DNA of 33,165 bases. Origin: Kiritimatiellia bacterium (lineage in GTDB: Bacteria > Verrucomicrobiota > Kiritimatiellia > RFP12 > JBMNHG01). Under the pieces are notes generated by a model. The model made no database searches. It had not been told where the DNA came from and worked only from the letters and a program-made list of their open reading frames with translations. Numbering within the stretch: the first letter of the stretch is position 1; the number at the start of each line of letters is the position of its first letter. Positions 17,681-27,060 of this stretch are shown here, piece by piece. Made by a program: the position numbers and the translations under genes. The DNA lies in NCBI GenBank assembly GCA_050950285.1, contig JBMNHG010000007.1:1-33165 (forward strand), written 5' to 3'.

Positions 17681-18307
17681 CTATACCTTGTCCAGCTTCG
17701 CCGGCAACGCGTAGATTCCAGGGATGGAAATCAGCATGACGGCGAATTTCACGGCGAGGTTCACCAGGAAGATTTCGCCCATGGCGCTCCAGGGAAGCCT
17801 TCCCGCGAAGGCGCCAACGACGAAGACGAGGTTGTCGAGCGGCATGGAGACGGCGTTGCTGGCAAGTACGCGGAGCCACAGGCGTTCCGGTGCGCGGGCG
17901 CGGACGAAGCGGTAGATTTCGGTGTCGACCAGTTCGCTCGCCACCTCGGCGGCGATCGAGGCGAGCACGATGCGCCACACGGGCGCGAAGACCGTCCGGA
18001 AGGCCTCGGCATGGACGGCGTCCGGGTGGCCCGGAAGGCGTCCGGCAAGCCAGAAATAGGCGGCCATGGCCAGGTTGATGGCGGCGGCGGAGAGGATGAC
18101 CGCGCGCGTCGCCTTCGTGCCCGTGGCGCGATGGACCATGTCGCGCAGGGTGAAGGTAAAGGGGTAGATGAAGGCCCCGAGGTCGACCGCGAGGCCGAAG
18201 ACGGAGCCGATTTTCAGGCTCGCGACGTCCGCGATCAGCTGTGCACCGACGTACGCGGCGACCAACACCAGCGGCAGGGCCGGAATGGCATCCCCATCGC
18301 GATCCAT
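17681..18307 (-). CDS. Queuosine precursor transporter (YhhQ/VUT family)
   Basis: ADVASLKI, YPFTFTLRD, RIVLASIAA...SELVDTEIY, LRVLASNAVSMPLDN. Confidence 0.88.
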   Translation of the reverse strand: MDRDGDAIPALPLVLVAAYVGAQLIADVASLKIGSVFGLAVDLGAFIYPFTFTLRDMVHRATGTKATRAVILSAAAINLAMAAYFWLAGRLPGHPDAVHAEAFRTVFAPVWRIVLASIAAEVASELVDTEIYRFVRARAPERLWLRVLASNAVSMPLDNLVFVVGAFAGRLPWSAMGEIFLVNLAVKFAVMLISIPGIYALPAKLDKV

Positions 18308-18329
18308 GGTCCAGGCGGGGCGGGCGGGG

Positions 18330-18845
18330 TTACTTCGCCTCGAGCATCGCCTCGATGTCCGCGATGACCTTCTCGGGCCTGGCGGTGCGCGAGGCGCCGA
18401 ACCGGCCGAGCACGGTCTTCCCGTCGGCGGCGAGAACGATGTAGGTGGGGTAGCCTTCGACATCGTACTGCTTCTGGAGCTTCCGGTTGCGGACCACATA
18501 CGGCATGGGGACGCGCGTCTTGTCCCGCGGGAAGTCGATGAAGACCTGCACCACGTGCTCCTTCGCCCATGCGCCCCAGGTTTCGGTGGTGAAGACCTTC
18601 TCCTCCATGAGGACGCACCAGGGGCACCAGTCGCTCCCGGTGAAGTTGAGGAGGATGGGGAGATCCTTCTCGGCGGCCAGCGCGAGCGCGGCGTCGTAGT
18701 CTTGCGTCCAGGCGCCGACCTCCGCGCCCATGGCGGCGGCGGGGCTTTTGCCCGCTTTTTGGGCCGCCTTGTTGGCGCGGGCGAGGGGAATCATGAACGA
18801 CAGGCCCGCGACAAGCGCGAGCGCGATCAACGTCCGTTTGCCCAT
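18330..18845 (-). CDS. Exported thioredoxin-fold protein (DsbH/SoxW-like)
   Basis: Signal peptide; FTGSDWCPWC; GYPT cis-Pro loop. Confidence 0.88.
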   Translation of the reverse strand: MGKRTLIALALVAGLSFMIPLARANKAAQKAGKSPAAAMGAEVGAWTQDYDAALALAAEKDLPILLNFTGSDWCPWCVLMEEKVFTTETWGAWAKEHVVQVFIDFPRDKTRVPMPYVVRNRKLQKQYDVEGYPTYIVLAADGKTVLGRFGASRTARPEKVIADIEAMLEAK

Positions 18846-18921
18846 GGTGTTTTCGCTTCCTTTCCTCATTCGGGTTGTGTCTCCGGGTTGTGTTCCAAAG
18901 GCCGTGGCGCAGGGGGCGCGG

Positions 18922-19917
18922 TCATTCCCACTCGATCGTGGCGGGGGGCTTCGGGGTGATGTCCCAGACAACGCGGTTCACGCCGTCGACGGTGGAGGCG
19001 ATTTTCCCGGCCACCCTGGCCATGAACCGGAAGGGGAGTTCCACGACGCCGGCCTTTACGAACTGGGAGGTCGAGACCGCGCGGAGGGCGATCACGTACC
19101 CGAAGGTGCGGGCGTTGTTCTTCACGCCCACGGACTTCACGTTCGTCATCACCGCGAAAAACTGCTGGGCCTTGCGATCGAGCCTGGCCTTGGCCATGGC
19201 GTCGCGGAAGATGAAGTCGGCCTGGCGAAGGATGTCGAGCTTCTCCTTCGTGAGTTCGCCCAGGCAGCGCACCGCAAGCCCCGGGCCCGGGAAGGGCTGC
19301 CGCATGACCATCGCTCCAGGGATGCCGAGGGCCTTGCCGACCTTGCGGACTTCGTCCTTGTAGAGGTACTTCACGGGCTCCACGAGGCCTTCGAAGCCGA
19401 GGTCCCCGGGGAGGCCGCCCACGTTGTGGTGGGCCTTCACGGCCTTGTGCCCGCCGCCGCCGGACTCGACGATGTCGGAGAAGATGGTGCCCTGCCCGAG
19501 AAATTCGATTTTGCCGAGTTTGGCGGCCTCCTCGCGGAAGACCTCGACGAACTCGCTGCCGATGCACTTGCGCTTGAGCTCGGGATCCGTGATGCCCTTC
19601 ACCTTCGCGAGGAAGCGCTTCTCGGCGTCGACCTGGACCAGCTTGATCCCGAACTGGCCCTGGAAGACCGACTTCACCTCCTTGGCCTCGTCCAGGCGCA
19701 GGAAGCCGTGGTCCACGAAGACACACGCCAGCTGCCGGCCGATCGCCTGGTGGAGGAGGACCGCGCAGACCGCGCTGTCGACGCCTCCGGACATCGCGAG
19801 GAGCACCTTTTTGCTGCCGACGCGCTCGCGGATCGCCGCGATTTCCTCCCGGATGTACTTCTTGGCGTTGAATTCCTTCCCTACGCGGGCGAGACGTTCT
19901 TTCTCAAGCTGGGTCAT
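18922..19917 (-). CDS. guaA: GMP synthase ATP-pyrophosphatase + dimerisation domains only (subunit B-like)
   Basis: SGGVDS PP-loop, VDHGFLR, QGTI, HHNVGGLP, RQPFPGPGLAVR, KPPATIEWE; no glutamine amidotransferase domain. Confidence 0.9.
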   Translation of the reverse strand: MTQLEKERLARVGKEFNAKKYIREEIAAIRERVGSKKVLLAMSGGVDSAVCAVLLHQAIGRQLACVFVDHGFLRLDEAKEVKSVFQGQFGIKLVQVDAEKRFLAKVKGITDPELKRKCIGSEFVEVFREEAAKLGKIEFLGQGTIFSDIVESGGGGHKAVKAHHNVGGLPGDLGFEGLVEPVKYLYKDEVRKVGKALGIPGAMVMRQPFPGPGLAVRCLGELTKEKLDILRQADFIFRDAMAKARLDRKAQQFFAVMTNVKSVGVKNNARTFGYVIALRAVSTSQFVKAGVVELPFRFMARVAGKIASTVDGVNRVVWDITPKPPATIEWE

Positions 19918-20001
19918 CGGCGAAAGCCTTTCGTCACAGGGCTGGCTGCAACGATACCAAGGGTTGCGGGCGGGGAACAAGTACGAAGTTGCCGCCGACG
20001 G

Positions 20002-20040
20002 AAAAAGCCGTGAACCCTCTTGTTTCGGGATCACGGCTTT
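20002..20040 (-). terminator. Intrinsic terminator after tRNA-Phe
   Basis: AAAGCCGTGA/TCACGGCTTT stem with T-run on the minus strand. Confidence 0.7.
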
Positions 20041-20052
20041 ACAAAAAGGGGA

Positions 20053-20128
20053 TGGTGGCAAGGAAGGGAATCGAACCCCCGACACGGGGATTTTCAGTCC
20101 CCTGCTCTACCAACTGAGCTACCTCGCC
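20053..20128 (-). tRNA. tRNA-Phe (GAA)
   Basis: GGCGAGGTAGCTCAGTTGGTAGAGCAGGGGACTGAAAATCCCCGTGTCGGGGGTTCGATTCCCTTCCTTGCCACCA. Confidence 0.97.
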
Positions 20129-20150
20129 ACAACGGTGTGAAGCGGGATGG

Positions 20151-20179
20151 ATGATAGCCCCCCGGCGGGGGAAACGCAA
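20151..20179 (-). promoter_or_regulatory. Sigma70-type promoter of tRNA-Phe
   Basis: TTGCGT-17 bp-TATCAT on the minus strand. Confidence 0.6.
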
Positions 20180-20229
20180 CCAGAATCTTCGGCGGCGCGC
20201 CGCGCGGCATGCCGCCGCGTGGCGCGGAT

Positions 20230-20769
20230 TCAACCGTCGGGCCAGTGTCCCCGGCGGTGGCGGGCGAGATCGCGGCCGTAGCGGGCGACCTCCTCGGCGA
20301 CGCGGAGGAAGGTCTCCGGCGCGGGTTCGGGGTAGTCGCCTCCGGGCGCGTCCGGGCGGCCCGCCGTGATTTCCGCGAAGAGGCGCGTGGCCAGCGCCAG
20401 GGGATCCTTCGTCTCGCACCCCCACACGGTCACCACGCGCCAGCCCAGGGCTTCGAGGCGGGCCTTCACGGAGGAGTCGCGGGCGACGTTCCGTTCGAAC
20501 TTTTCCGTCCAGAACGCCGTGCGGCTCTTCGGCGTCGTGGCGACGGGGCAGCCCGGATGGCGGTGCCAGAAGCATCCGTGCACGAAGACCACGCACTTCC
20601 ACTTCCGGAGAACCACGTCGGGGCGTCCCGGCAGATGCTTCGCATGGAGCGAGAAGCGGAAGCCGAGGCGGTGGAGCGTCGAGCGCACCACCTTTTCCGG
20701 CTGGGTGTCGCCGCTGCGGATGCGCGACATCAGCCACGACCGTTGCTCTGGAGGGATCGTATCGGCCAT
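20230..20769 (-). CDS. vsr: Very short patch repair endonuclease
   Basis: RSWLMSRIRSGDTQPE, LPGRPD, FVHGCFWHRH, FWTEKFERNVARD, GWRVVTVWGC. Confidence 0.93.
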   Translation of the reverse strand: MADTIPPEQRSWLMSRIRSGDTQPEKVVRSTLHRLGFRFSLHAKHLPGRPDVVLRKWKCVVFVHGCFWHRHPGCPVATTPKSRTAFWTEKFERNVARDSSVKARLEALGWRVVTVWGCETKDPLALATRLFAEITAGRPDAPGGDYPEPAPETFLRVAEEVARYGRDLARHRRGHWPDG

Positions 20770-20782
20770 CGGGCGAGCCTGC

Positions 20783-22081
20783 CTACAGCGCGGCGTCGAA
20801 GGTCTCGACGCCGCTCAAGGGGCGTTTGAAGCAGATGTGCTCCACGTACTGGCGGAAGTTCTCGGCCCCGCGGAGAATCTCGATGTCCATGCGGAGGAAA
20901 TAGATGGGAACGGGCGGGAGATCGATCTTCGGGATGCGCACGGCGTCCTTCTCGGTGGTGATCACCGCGTCGGCGTCGAGGAAGGCGGCGTGGTGGAGGA
21001 CGTCGAGGATCTCCTTCCGGCTGAAGCGGTGGTGGTCCACGAAGCGTTCGCAGGCGAGGACCTTGGCGCCGAGGGCGCGGAGGGAGGACTCGAAGCCGCC
21101 GGGCGAGGCGATTCCGGAAAGGGCGGAGACCTTCTTGCCGACAAGCCAGGACAAGGGGAGCTCCTCGCGGGTATAGACGTCGCGGAGCAGCTGCGGCTGG
21201 TGGCGGCATTCGAGGATCTCGACCTTCGGGTTGATGGCGCGGATCCGCCGGCGCAGGGCTTCCGTGGAGCTGCCGTCGCACTTGGTGATGAAGAGGAAGT
21301 TGGCGCGTTTCAGGTTCTGGATGGGCTCGCGCAGGACGCCGCGGGGGAGCATGTGGCCGTTGCTGAAGGGGTTGGTGCGGTCCACCAGCACCACATCGTG
21401 CGCGTGCTTGAGGCGCTGGTACTGGAATCCGTCGTCGAGCAGGAGCGTGTCGCATCCGAAGTGCCGGATGGCGTAGCGTCCGCTTTTGACGCGGTCTTTG
21501 TCCACGAGGACCACCACGCCGGGGAGGTTGGTGGCGAGCATGAACGGTTCGTCGCCGCTTTTGGCGCTGTCGAGGAGCACCGTGCGGCCGTCGCTCACCA
21601 CGCGGGGGCGATACCACCAGGGGCGTTGCTTCTCGCGGGGGCCGGGCGCGCCGCCGTCCGCGGCGCCGCCATCGGGGGCGTTGCGGCCTCTGCGCGGGGT
21701 GCGGGAGGAGCGTCGTCGCAGGCGGCTCCACCAGGGGAGTTCCTCCTTGCGGTAGCCGCGCGAGAGGATGGCCACCTTGCGTCCGGCGGCGGCGAGCTCG
21801 CGGGCGAAGGTCTCCACCACGGGCGTCTTGCCCGTTCCCCCGACGGTGATGTTGCCCACGCTGATCACCTGGCAGCCCAGGGGGAAGCGGCGGAGGATGC
21901 CCAGTTCATAGAGGGCGAGGCGGGTCTGGACGATGAGGCGGAAGACGCACGAGCAGCCATGGAGCACGGCCAGCAGGAGGCGGATGTTCCACGGCTTCCC
22001 CTGGTCCGCCCCCTCGTACTGGATCAGGCGAAGCAGGAACTTTTCGGTCTCTTCGAACCAGGATGGCTGCTTTTTCCGCAT
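20783..22081 (-). CDS. lpxK: Tetraacyldisaccharide 4'-kinase
   Basis: [47 protein letters not shown]. Confidence 0.95.
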   Translation of the reverse strand: MRKKQPSWFEETEKFLLRLIQYEGADQGKPWNIRLLLAVLHGCSCVFRLIVQTRLALYELGILRRFPLGCQVISVGNITVGGTGKTPVVETFARELAAAGRKVAILSRGYRKEELPWWSRLRRRSSRTPRRGRNAPDGGAADGGAPGPREKQRPWWYRPRVVSDGRTVLLDSAKSGDEPFMLATNLPGVVVLVDKDRVKSGRYAIRHFGCDTLLLDDGFQYQRLKHAHDVVLVDRTNPFSNGHMLPRGVLREPIQNLKRANFLFITKCDGSSTEALRRRIRAINPKVEILECRHQPQLLRDVYTREELPLSWLVGKKVSALSGIASPGGFESSLRALGAKVLACERFVDHHRFSRKEILDVLHHAAFLDADAVITTEKDAVRIPKIDLPPVPIYFLRMDIEILRGAENFRQYVEHICFKRPLSGVETFDAAL

Positions 22082-22184
22082 GAGTGGCGAAGCATAGCAA
22101 ACTTTGGCGCGGGATTCCAGGGCGGAACCGGGGACGCCGGGGCGGCTCCTGCGGGCTGGGCGGGAGCGATGCGGTGCAAAACGC

Positions 22185-25100
22185 CTATTCCTGGCCGAAA
22201 TCGCGATCGATGCCGTCGCGTTCGGGGGTCAGGCACACCACGAAGGCGGCGCCGCTGGCGATGGCGATTTCGTTGTCGCCCGCCCGGAGTTCCACGGGGA
22301 CGCGGGTATGGCCGGGGTGCCAGCCCCGGGGGTTGGAGGGGTCGGCGGCCCACACGCGTTCGCCGTTCAGCCAGACCAGCAGGGGTTCGGCGGCGGGGAC
22401 GAGCCAGGCGTCGCGCGCGCCGTCGCTATGGACCGTGGCCTTGGAGAAGTACCAGCGGCCTTCCCCGGCCACCTTGTCCAGTTCCACGGCGACGCCGCGG
22501 CGGCGCTCCTGGTCGGGCCACCAGCTGGCGGCGCCGTCCTGGCGAGGCAGGGTCATCGCGTGGCCTTCGCCTTCGGGAACGGGCATCGGGGCGTCTGCGG
22601 CGGGGCGGTCCGCGGGCATGGCCCAAACGACCCATTCCGTGACGAGGCCCGGAAGCGTGGGGACGTCGAGGGTCTGCGGGACGGGCACGTCGGCGTAGCC
22701 GAGGGCGTCGAGGAGTTCGCGAACCATCGTGCGGTAGCCGGGGAATTCCAGGTGGATGCCGTCGGGGCTGATGAGCGGCGCGCCGCCGGCGCGGAGGTCG
22801 CGCTCCATCGCGGCGTGGACGTCGGCATAGCGGAGGCCGCGCTTGTCGGCCTCGTCGCGCATGGCGGCGACGAGTTCCTCGAGGAGGGGGATTGTCCCGG
22901 CATGCTGTTCGGCGATGACCACGGGGGTCATGGGGAGCACGCGTGCGCCGGAGGCGAGGATGGCGTCGAAGATGGCGGCGCACTCGGTCGCGAACTGCCC
23001 GGCGGACTTGCCGCGCATGGCGTCGTTCACGCCGGCGTTGAAGATCACGAGGTCGGGCTTGTAGGAGAGCACGTCGGGCTCGAGGCGGCGGAGCATTCCG
23101 TCGGCGGTGTCGCCCCCGATGCCCGCCGCGACCGTGACGGGCACGGGGAGGCCGGCTTCGTGAAGGGCCTGTTTGAGGAGGAGGGCGTAGGTTTCGCCGT
23201 CGGTGATGGAGTCGCCGAGGCAGACGATGGTCCGGGCGTTCATGGGAGGGATTTCCTGGGGTTCGGAGAAGAGTTCCGACATGTCGGAGTCGTCGATGCG
23301 ATACCAGAGGATGCGGTTGAGCCAGCTGTCCTCGATGAAGGCGTCGAGCTTGCCGTCGCGCGGATCGCGGTTCACGCACACGGCGGCGGTGTTGTCCATC
23401 CAGCCGGAGGTGAAGCCGGCGGGTTCGCCGGGCTTGAAGGTGCCCACGTGCAGGCCGCCCGGCTCGTAGTGGTAGACCTCGCCATCGAGGAAGTGGCCGA
23501 GCATCACGCCGCCGCGGCCGCCGGGAACCACGCAGAAGCCGGGGGTGACGCCGGGCATGGGCGTAATCCATTCGAGCCGGTTCTCCTTCGTGTAGCGGGC
23601 GAGGACCCAGCCGCCCATCCAGATGTTCCCGGCGCCGGGGCCGTCGGGACGGAAGAGGGCGCTTCGGCCTTCGGCGTAGAGGGAGCCATCTCCGGCGCGC
23701 TGGGCCATGAGCGGGAAGAAGCGGGCGGGCGACTCGTCGCGCGGGATGATCATGCGGGCCTGGCGCCAGTCGTAGCGGGGGTTGCCGCGGCCGTCGAAGC
23801 CCGCGAGCGGAAGCTCCCAGACGGCCTGGGTGTGATGCTCGCAATAGACGAGCGTGCCGTCCGCGTCGGCGTTCATGCCGAAGATGGCGTAGCGGGTCTC
23901 CTCGGGCGGGACCTGCCGGTCGACCTCGTCGTCCTGCACCTTGCCGTCGCCGTCGAGGTCGCTCCAGCACCAGAGGTTCGGGGGCTTGCGTCCGGCTTCG
24001 GGGAGGTCGTGGTTGTAGCGGCCGTCGGGGTGGGGCTCGGTGCTGCCGACCATCGCGGCGAGGCGGTAGAGGCCCTCGCCGGTGCGGCGGTAGATCTGCA
24101 TGCTGTCGCCGTAGCACTGGTACAGGAATTCGATGCCGTTGAAGGCGAGGTGCGCGGGTACGCCGTGGTTGCCGTAGAGGTATCCGGGGTCGCCATCGAG
24201 GACGGTCCCTTCGTAGGTCCACTCGCCCTTGTCCTTGTCGCCGAGCCGGATGCGATGGAAGCGCTGGGTCAGGAACTCGTCGGGGCGGGCGGGGTTGTAG
24301 CTTCCGGAATCGCAGAAGGCGAGGGCGAGGTGTTCCCAGAGGCAGGTGCCGTCGGGGGCGAAGTGGCCGATGCGCGCGCCGCCGCAGGGGACGGAGCCGA
24401 GGGTGGTCAGGTTGCCCTGGGCGTCGACGCCCGCGCCGACCAGGGAATAGAATTGGTCGGGGCGGGCGGTGCCGGGGGCGGCGGGGCCGCCGAAGGCGCG
24501 GGTCTGTTCCGCCGTCTTGCCGGAGACGTCGAAGAAGCGCACCTGGCAGGATTCGCCGTCGGCCACGCAGAGCTCGCCGCCGGGCGCCATGCAGAGGGAG
24601 GCCGTGCGCACGTCTTCGAGGAGGGTGGCGTCGAAGGTGCCGTCGGGGTTGAAGCGGCTCACCTTCGTGTGCTCGTGGGCGACGTAGAAGCGGCCTTCGG
24701 CGTCGATCGCGATGTCGTGCGGAAGTCGCACGGCGAAGGCGGCGGAGGCGTCCTCGGCGCCGGTCTCTTTGTCGAAGACGCGCACTTGGCCGGCGATGGC
24801 GTCGGTGGCATAGATGTGATCGCCGAAGACCGCGAGATCCTGGATGGGCTGCGCGAGGAGGGCGGCGTCCTCGGCGGGCGTCCCTTCGGGGATGGAGCGT
24901 TCGGGCCATTCATAGAGCTGGATGTGGCCCTTCCATCCGGCGAGGGAGGGATCGGTGAAAGGGACGAGGTCGCCCGTGCGGATGTCGAAGCGCTGGATCT
25001 GCTTGCGGCTCTTGCTGTGCTCGTTGGCCCAGCCGAAGGTGGCGCAGTAGATGAAGGCGTCGTCCGCGGTGATGGCATGCGGCGCGCCGTTGGGGTCGCC

Positions 25101-25580
25101 GTTGCGGATCTGGTAGCGGGCGTGGAAGAGCGTCTTGCCGCCGGGGTCGAAGACCTTGAAGTCGTGGCCGGCCTCTTCCCAGCCGTTGGCGGTGTAGAGG
25201 ATGCCGTCGGCGCCCGCGAAGATGCCGCTCACGCCGTGCTGGATGTGCTGCATCTCGCCGCCGGGCGAACCGGTGTTGCCGAGCTGCGCGACGTTCTCGT
25301 AGGTGGAGCGGTTCACGACCACGCGCAGCCTGTACGTGCCGGGGGCGGCGGGGCGCCCCACGGAATCCCTCCCGCTCCACACGGCCTCGTGGGAACCGGC
25401 CTCGCGGGTTTCGGCGCCCCAGAGGGGGCAGACGAGACGGCCCGCTTCGTTGTAGATTCCGCCGGCGGTCAGGCCGCCCTGTTCGAGCGTATAGGGGAAG
25501 GTGAAGGTGGCGGCGCAGGCCGCCGCGGCCCAAAGCGACGCGGCGGTGGCGGCGCCCGGAAGGTGAAGGTGTTTCGCCAT
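22185..25580 (-). CDS. Large secreted protein: FlgD-Ig-like + beta-propeller + SGNH/GDSL hydrolase
   Basis: Ala-rich signal peptide, W-x-G-R-D...APGTY Ig motif, NHL-like repeats, DLDGDG Ca-loop, GDSIT...NAGVND...DGIH SGNH blocks; GGAG RBS. Confidence 0.75.
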   Translation of the reverse strand: MAKHLHLPGAATAASLWAAAACAATFTFPYTLEQGGLTAGGIYNEAGRLVCPLWGAETREAGSHEAVWSGRDSVGRPAAPGTYRLRVVVNRSTYENVAQLGNTGSPGGEMQHIQHGVSGIFAGADGILYTANGWEEAGHDFKVFDPGGKTLFHARYQIRNGDPNGAPHAITADDAFIYCATFGWANEHSKSRKQIQRFDIRTGDLVPFTDPSLAGWKGHIQLYEWPERSIPEGTPAEDAALLAQPIQDLAVFGDHIYATDAIAGQVRVFDKETGAEDASAAFAVRLPHDIAIDAEGRFYVAHEHTKVSRFNPDGTFDATLLEDVRTASLCMAPGGELCVADGESCQVRFFDVSGKTAEQTRAFGGPAAPGTARPDQFYSLVGAGVDAQGNLTTLGSVPCGGARIGHFAPDGTCLWEHLALAFCDSGSYNPARPDEFLTQRFHRIRLGDKDKGEWTYEGTVLDGDPGYLYGNHGVPAHLAFNGIEFLYQCYGDSMQIYRRTGEGLYRLAAMVGSTEPHPDGRYNHDLPEAGRKPPNLWCWSDLDGDGKVQDDEVDRQVPPEETRYAIFGMNADADGTLVYCEHHTQAVWELPLAGFDGRGNPRYDWRQARMIIPRDESPARFFPLMAQRAGDGSLYAEGRSALFRPDGPGAGNIWMGGWVLARYTKENRLEWITPMPGVTPGFCVVPGGRGGVMLGHFLDGEVYHYEPGGLHVGTFKPGEPAGFTSGWMDNTAAVCVNRDPRDGKLDAFIEDSWLNRILWYRIDDSDMSELFSEPQEIPPMNARTIVCLGDSITDGETYALLLKQALHEAGLPVPVTVAAGIGGDTADGMLRRLEPDVLSYKPDLVIFNAGVNDAMRGKSAGQFATECAAIFDAILASGARVLPMTPVVIAEQHAGTIPLLEELVAAMRDEADKRGLRYADVHAAMERDLRAGGAPLISPDGIHLEFPGYRTMVRELLDALGYADVPVPQTLDVPTLPGLVTEWVVWAMPADRPAADAPMPVPEGEGHAMTLPRQDGAASWWPDQERRRGVAVELDKVAGEGRWYFSKATVHSDGARDAWLVPAAEPLLVWLNGERVWAADPSNPRGWHPGHTRVPVELRAGDNEIAIASGAAFVVCLTPERDGIDRDFGQE

Positions 25581-25746
25581 GGGAGACTCCTGGTTTCGTG
25601 CGTGCGGGAGGAAGCGGGAGGAAGAAGGACCACGCGGTATTCGTAGCATGAGGCAGGCCAAATCGCAACGGCTTTCCTCGCGGATTCGCGCCGGCGGACC
25701 GTCCCGGAAAGCGCGCCCGTAACGGCGCGCCGCTTCCCGTGCGGCA

Positions 25747-27003
25747 TCAGCCGCGGAGCTGGCCGTCGCCCGTGACCTCGTACTTGTAGGTGGTGAGTTC
25801 CGCCAGTCCCACCGGGCCGCGGGCATGGAGCTTGTCGGTGCTGATCCCCATCTCCGCGCCGAGGCCGAACTCGGCGCCGTCGGTGAAGCGCGTGGAGGCG
25901 TTCACGTAGACGGCGGCGGAATCGACGCGCTTGAGGAAGGCGCGGGCCGCGCGGGGGTTCGTGGTGACGATGGCGTCGGAGTGGCGGGAGCCGTGGCGGT
26001 TGATGTGTTCGATGGCGGCGCGCAGGGTTCCCACCACGCGCACGGCAAGGATGAAATCGAGGTATTCGGCGTCCCAGTCCCCGGGGCTCGCGGGGGCGAA
26101 GGCGGGAACGATGGCGCGGGCGGCGGCGTCCGCGCGGATTTCGACGTTGCGGCGCGCCGCCATTCCGGCGAGCATCGGAAGGAAGGCGCCGGCGATGGCT
26201 TCGTCGACCAGCAGCGTCTCGACCGCGTTGCAGGTGCCGGGACGCTGGCACTTCGCGTTCTCGACGATGGCCAGGGCCGTCCCGAGGTCGGCGCTTTTCT
26301 CGACGAAGATGTGGCAGACGCCCTTGTAGTGCTTGAGCACGGGCACGCGCGCCTGCTCCATCACGGCGCGGATGAGCGATTCGCCGCCGCGCGGGATGAC
26401 GACGTCGACGCGGTCGTCCATCTGCACCAGTTCGCGCACGGCGTCGCGGTCGGTCACCGGGACAAGCTGCACGGCATCCGCAGGGATCCCGGTTCCGGCG
26501 AGGGCGGAGGAGAGCGACGCGGCGATGGCGAGGTTCGAGCGGATGGCCTCCTTGCCGCCGCGCAGGATCACGGCGTTCGAGCTTTTCAGGCAGAGGGCGG
26601 CGGCGTCCGCGGTGACGTTCGGGCGCGATTCGTAGAGGATGGCGATCACGCCGAGGGGGACGCGGCGCTTGACGATGACAAGCCCGTTCGGGCGCTTCAC
26701 GCGGCCCAGCACCTTCCCGACGGGGTCCGGCAGGGCGGCGACGTCGCGGAGGCCCTGGACCATGGCGGCAAAGCGGGCGTCCGTGAGGGTGAGGCGGTCG
26801 ACCATCGCATCCGAAAGGCCTGCGGCGGCGGCCGCCTCGATGTCCTCGCGGTTGGCCGCCTGGATGGCGGACTGGTCGCGGAGGAGCGCGTCGGCCATCG
26901 CGAGGAGCGCGCTGTTCTTGCGGCGGGTGGAGGCCTCGGCGAGGCGGTGGGCGGCGGCGAGGGCGCGGTCGCCCATCGCGCGGATCTGTGCGTGGAGGTC
27001 CAT
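25747..27003 (-). CDS. proA: Gamma-glutamyl phosphate reductase
   Basis: YESRPNVT, LRGGKEA, IPRGG, TCNAVETLL, NASTRFTDG, ISTDKLHARGP. Confidence 0.97.
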   Translation of the reverse strand: MDLHAQIRAMGDRALAAAHRLAEASTRRKNSALLAMADALLRDQSAIQAANREDIEAAAAAGLSDAMVDRLTLTDARFAAMVQGLRDVAALPDPVGKVLGRVKRPNGLVIVKRRVPLGVIAILYESRPNVTADAAALCLKSSNAVILRGGKEAIRSNLAIAASLSSALAGTGIPADAVQLVPVTDRDAVRELVQMDDRVDVVIPRGGESLIRAVMEQARVPVLKHYKGVCHIFVEKSADLGTALAIVENAKCQRPGTCNAVETLLVDEAIAGAFLPMLAGMAARRNVEIRADAAARAIVPAFAPASPGDWDAEYLDFILAVRVVGTLRAAIEHINRHGSRHSDAIVTTNPRAARAFLKRVDSAAVYVNASTRFTDGAEFGLGAEMGISTDKLHARGPVGLAELTTYKYEVTGDGQLRG

Positions 27004-27060
27004 GGGGGAAATCCTTGGGGGTGGGTTCGGGGTTCGAGGGCGGAAGAACGGGGCGCGGGT

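Noticed and set aside
18310..18330. preQ1 riboswitch upstream of the queuosine precursor transporter
   Set aside because: Intergenic gap is only ~22 bp and lacks the A-rich tail and stem pattern.
20002..20128. Integration scar at tRNA-Phe
   Set aside because: No duplicated tRNA 3' end or integrase nearby; flanks are housekeeping-type genes.
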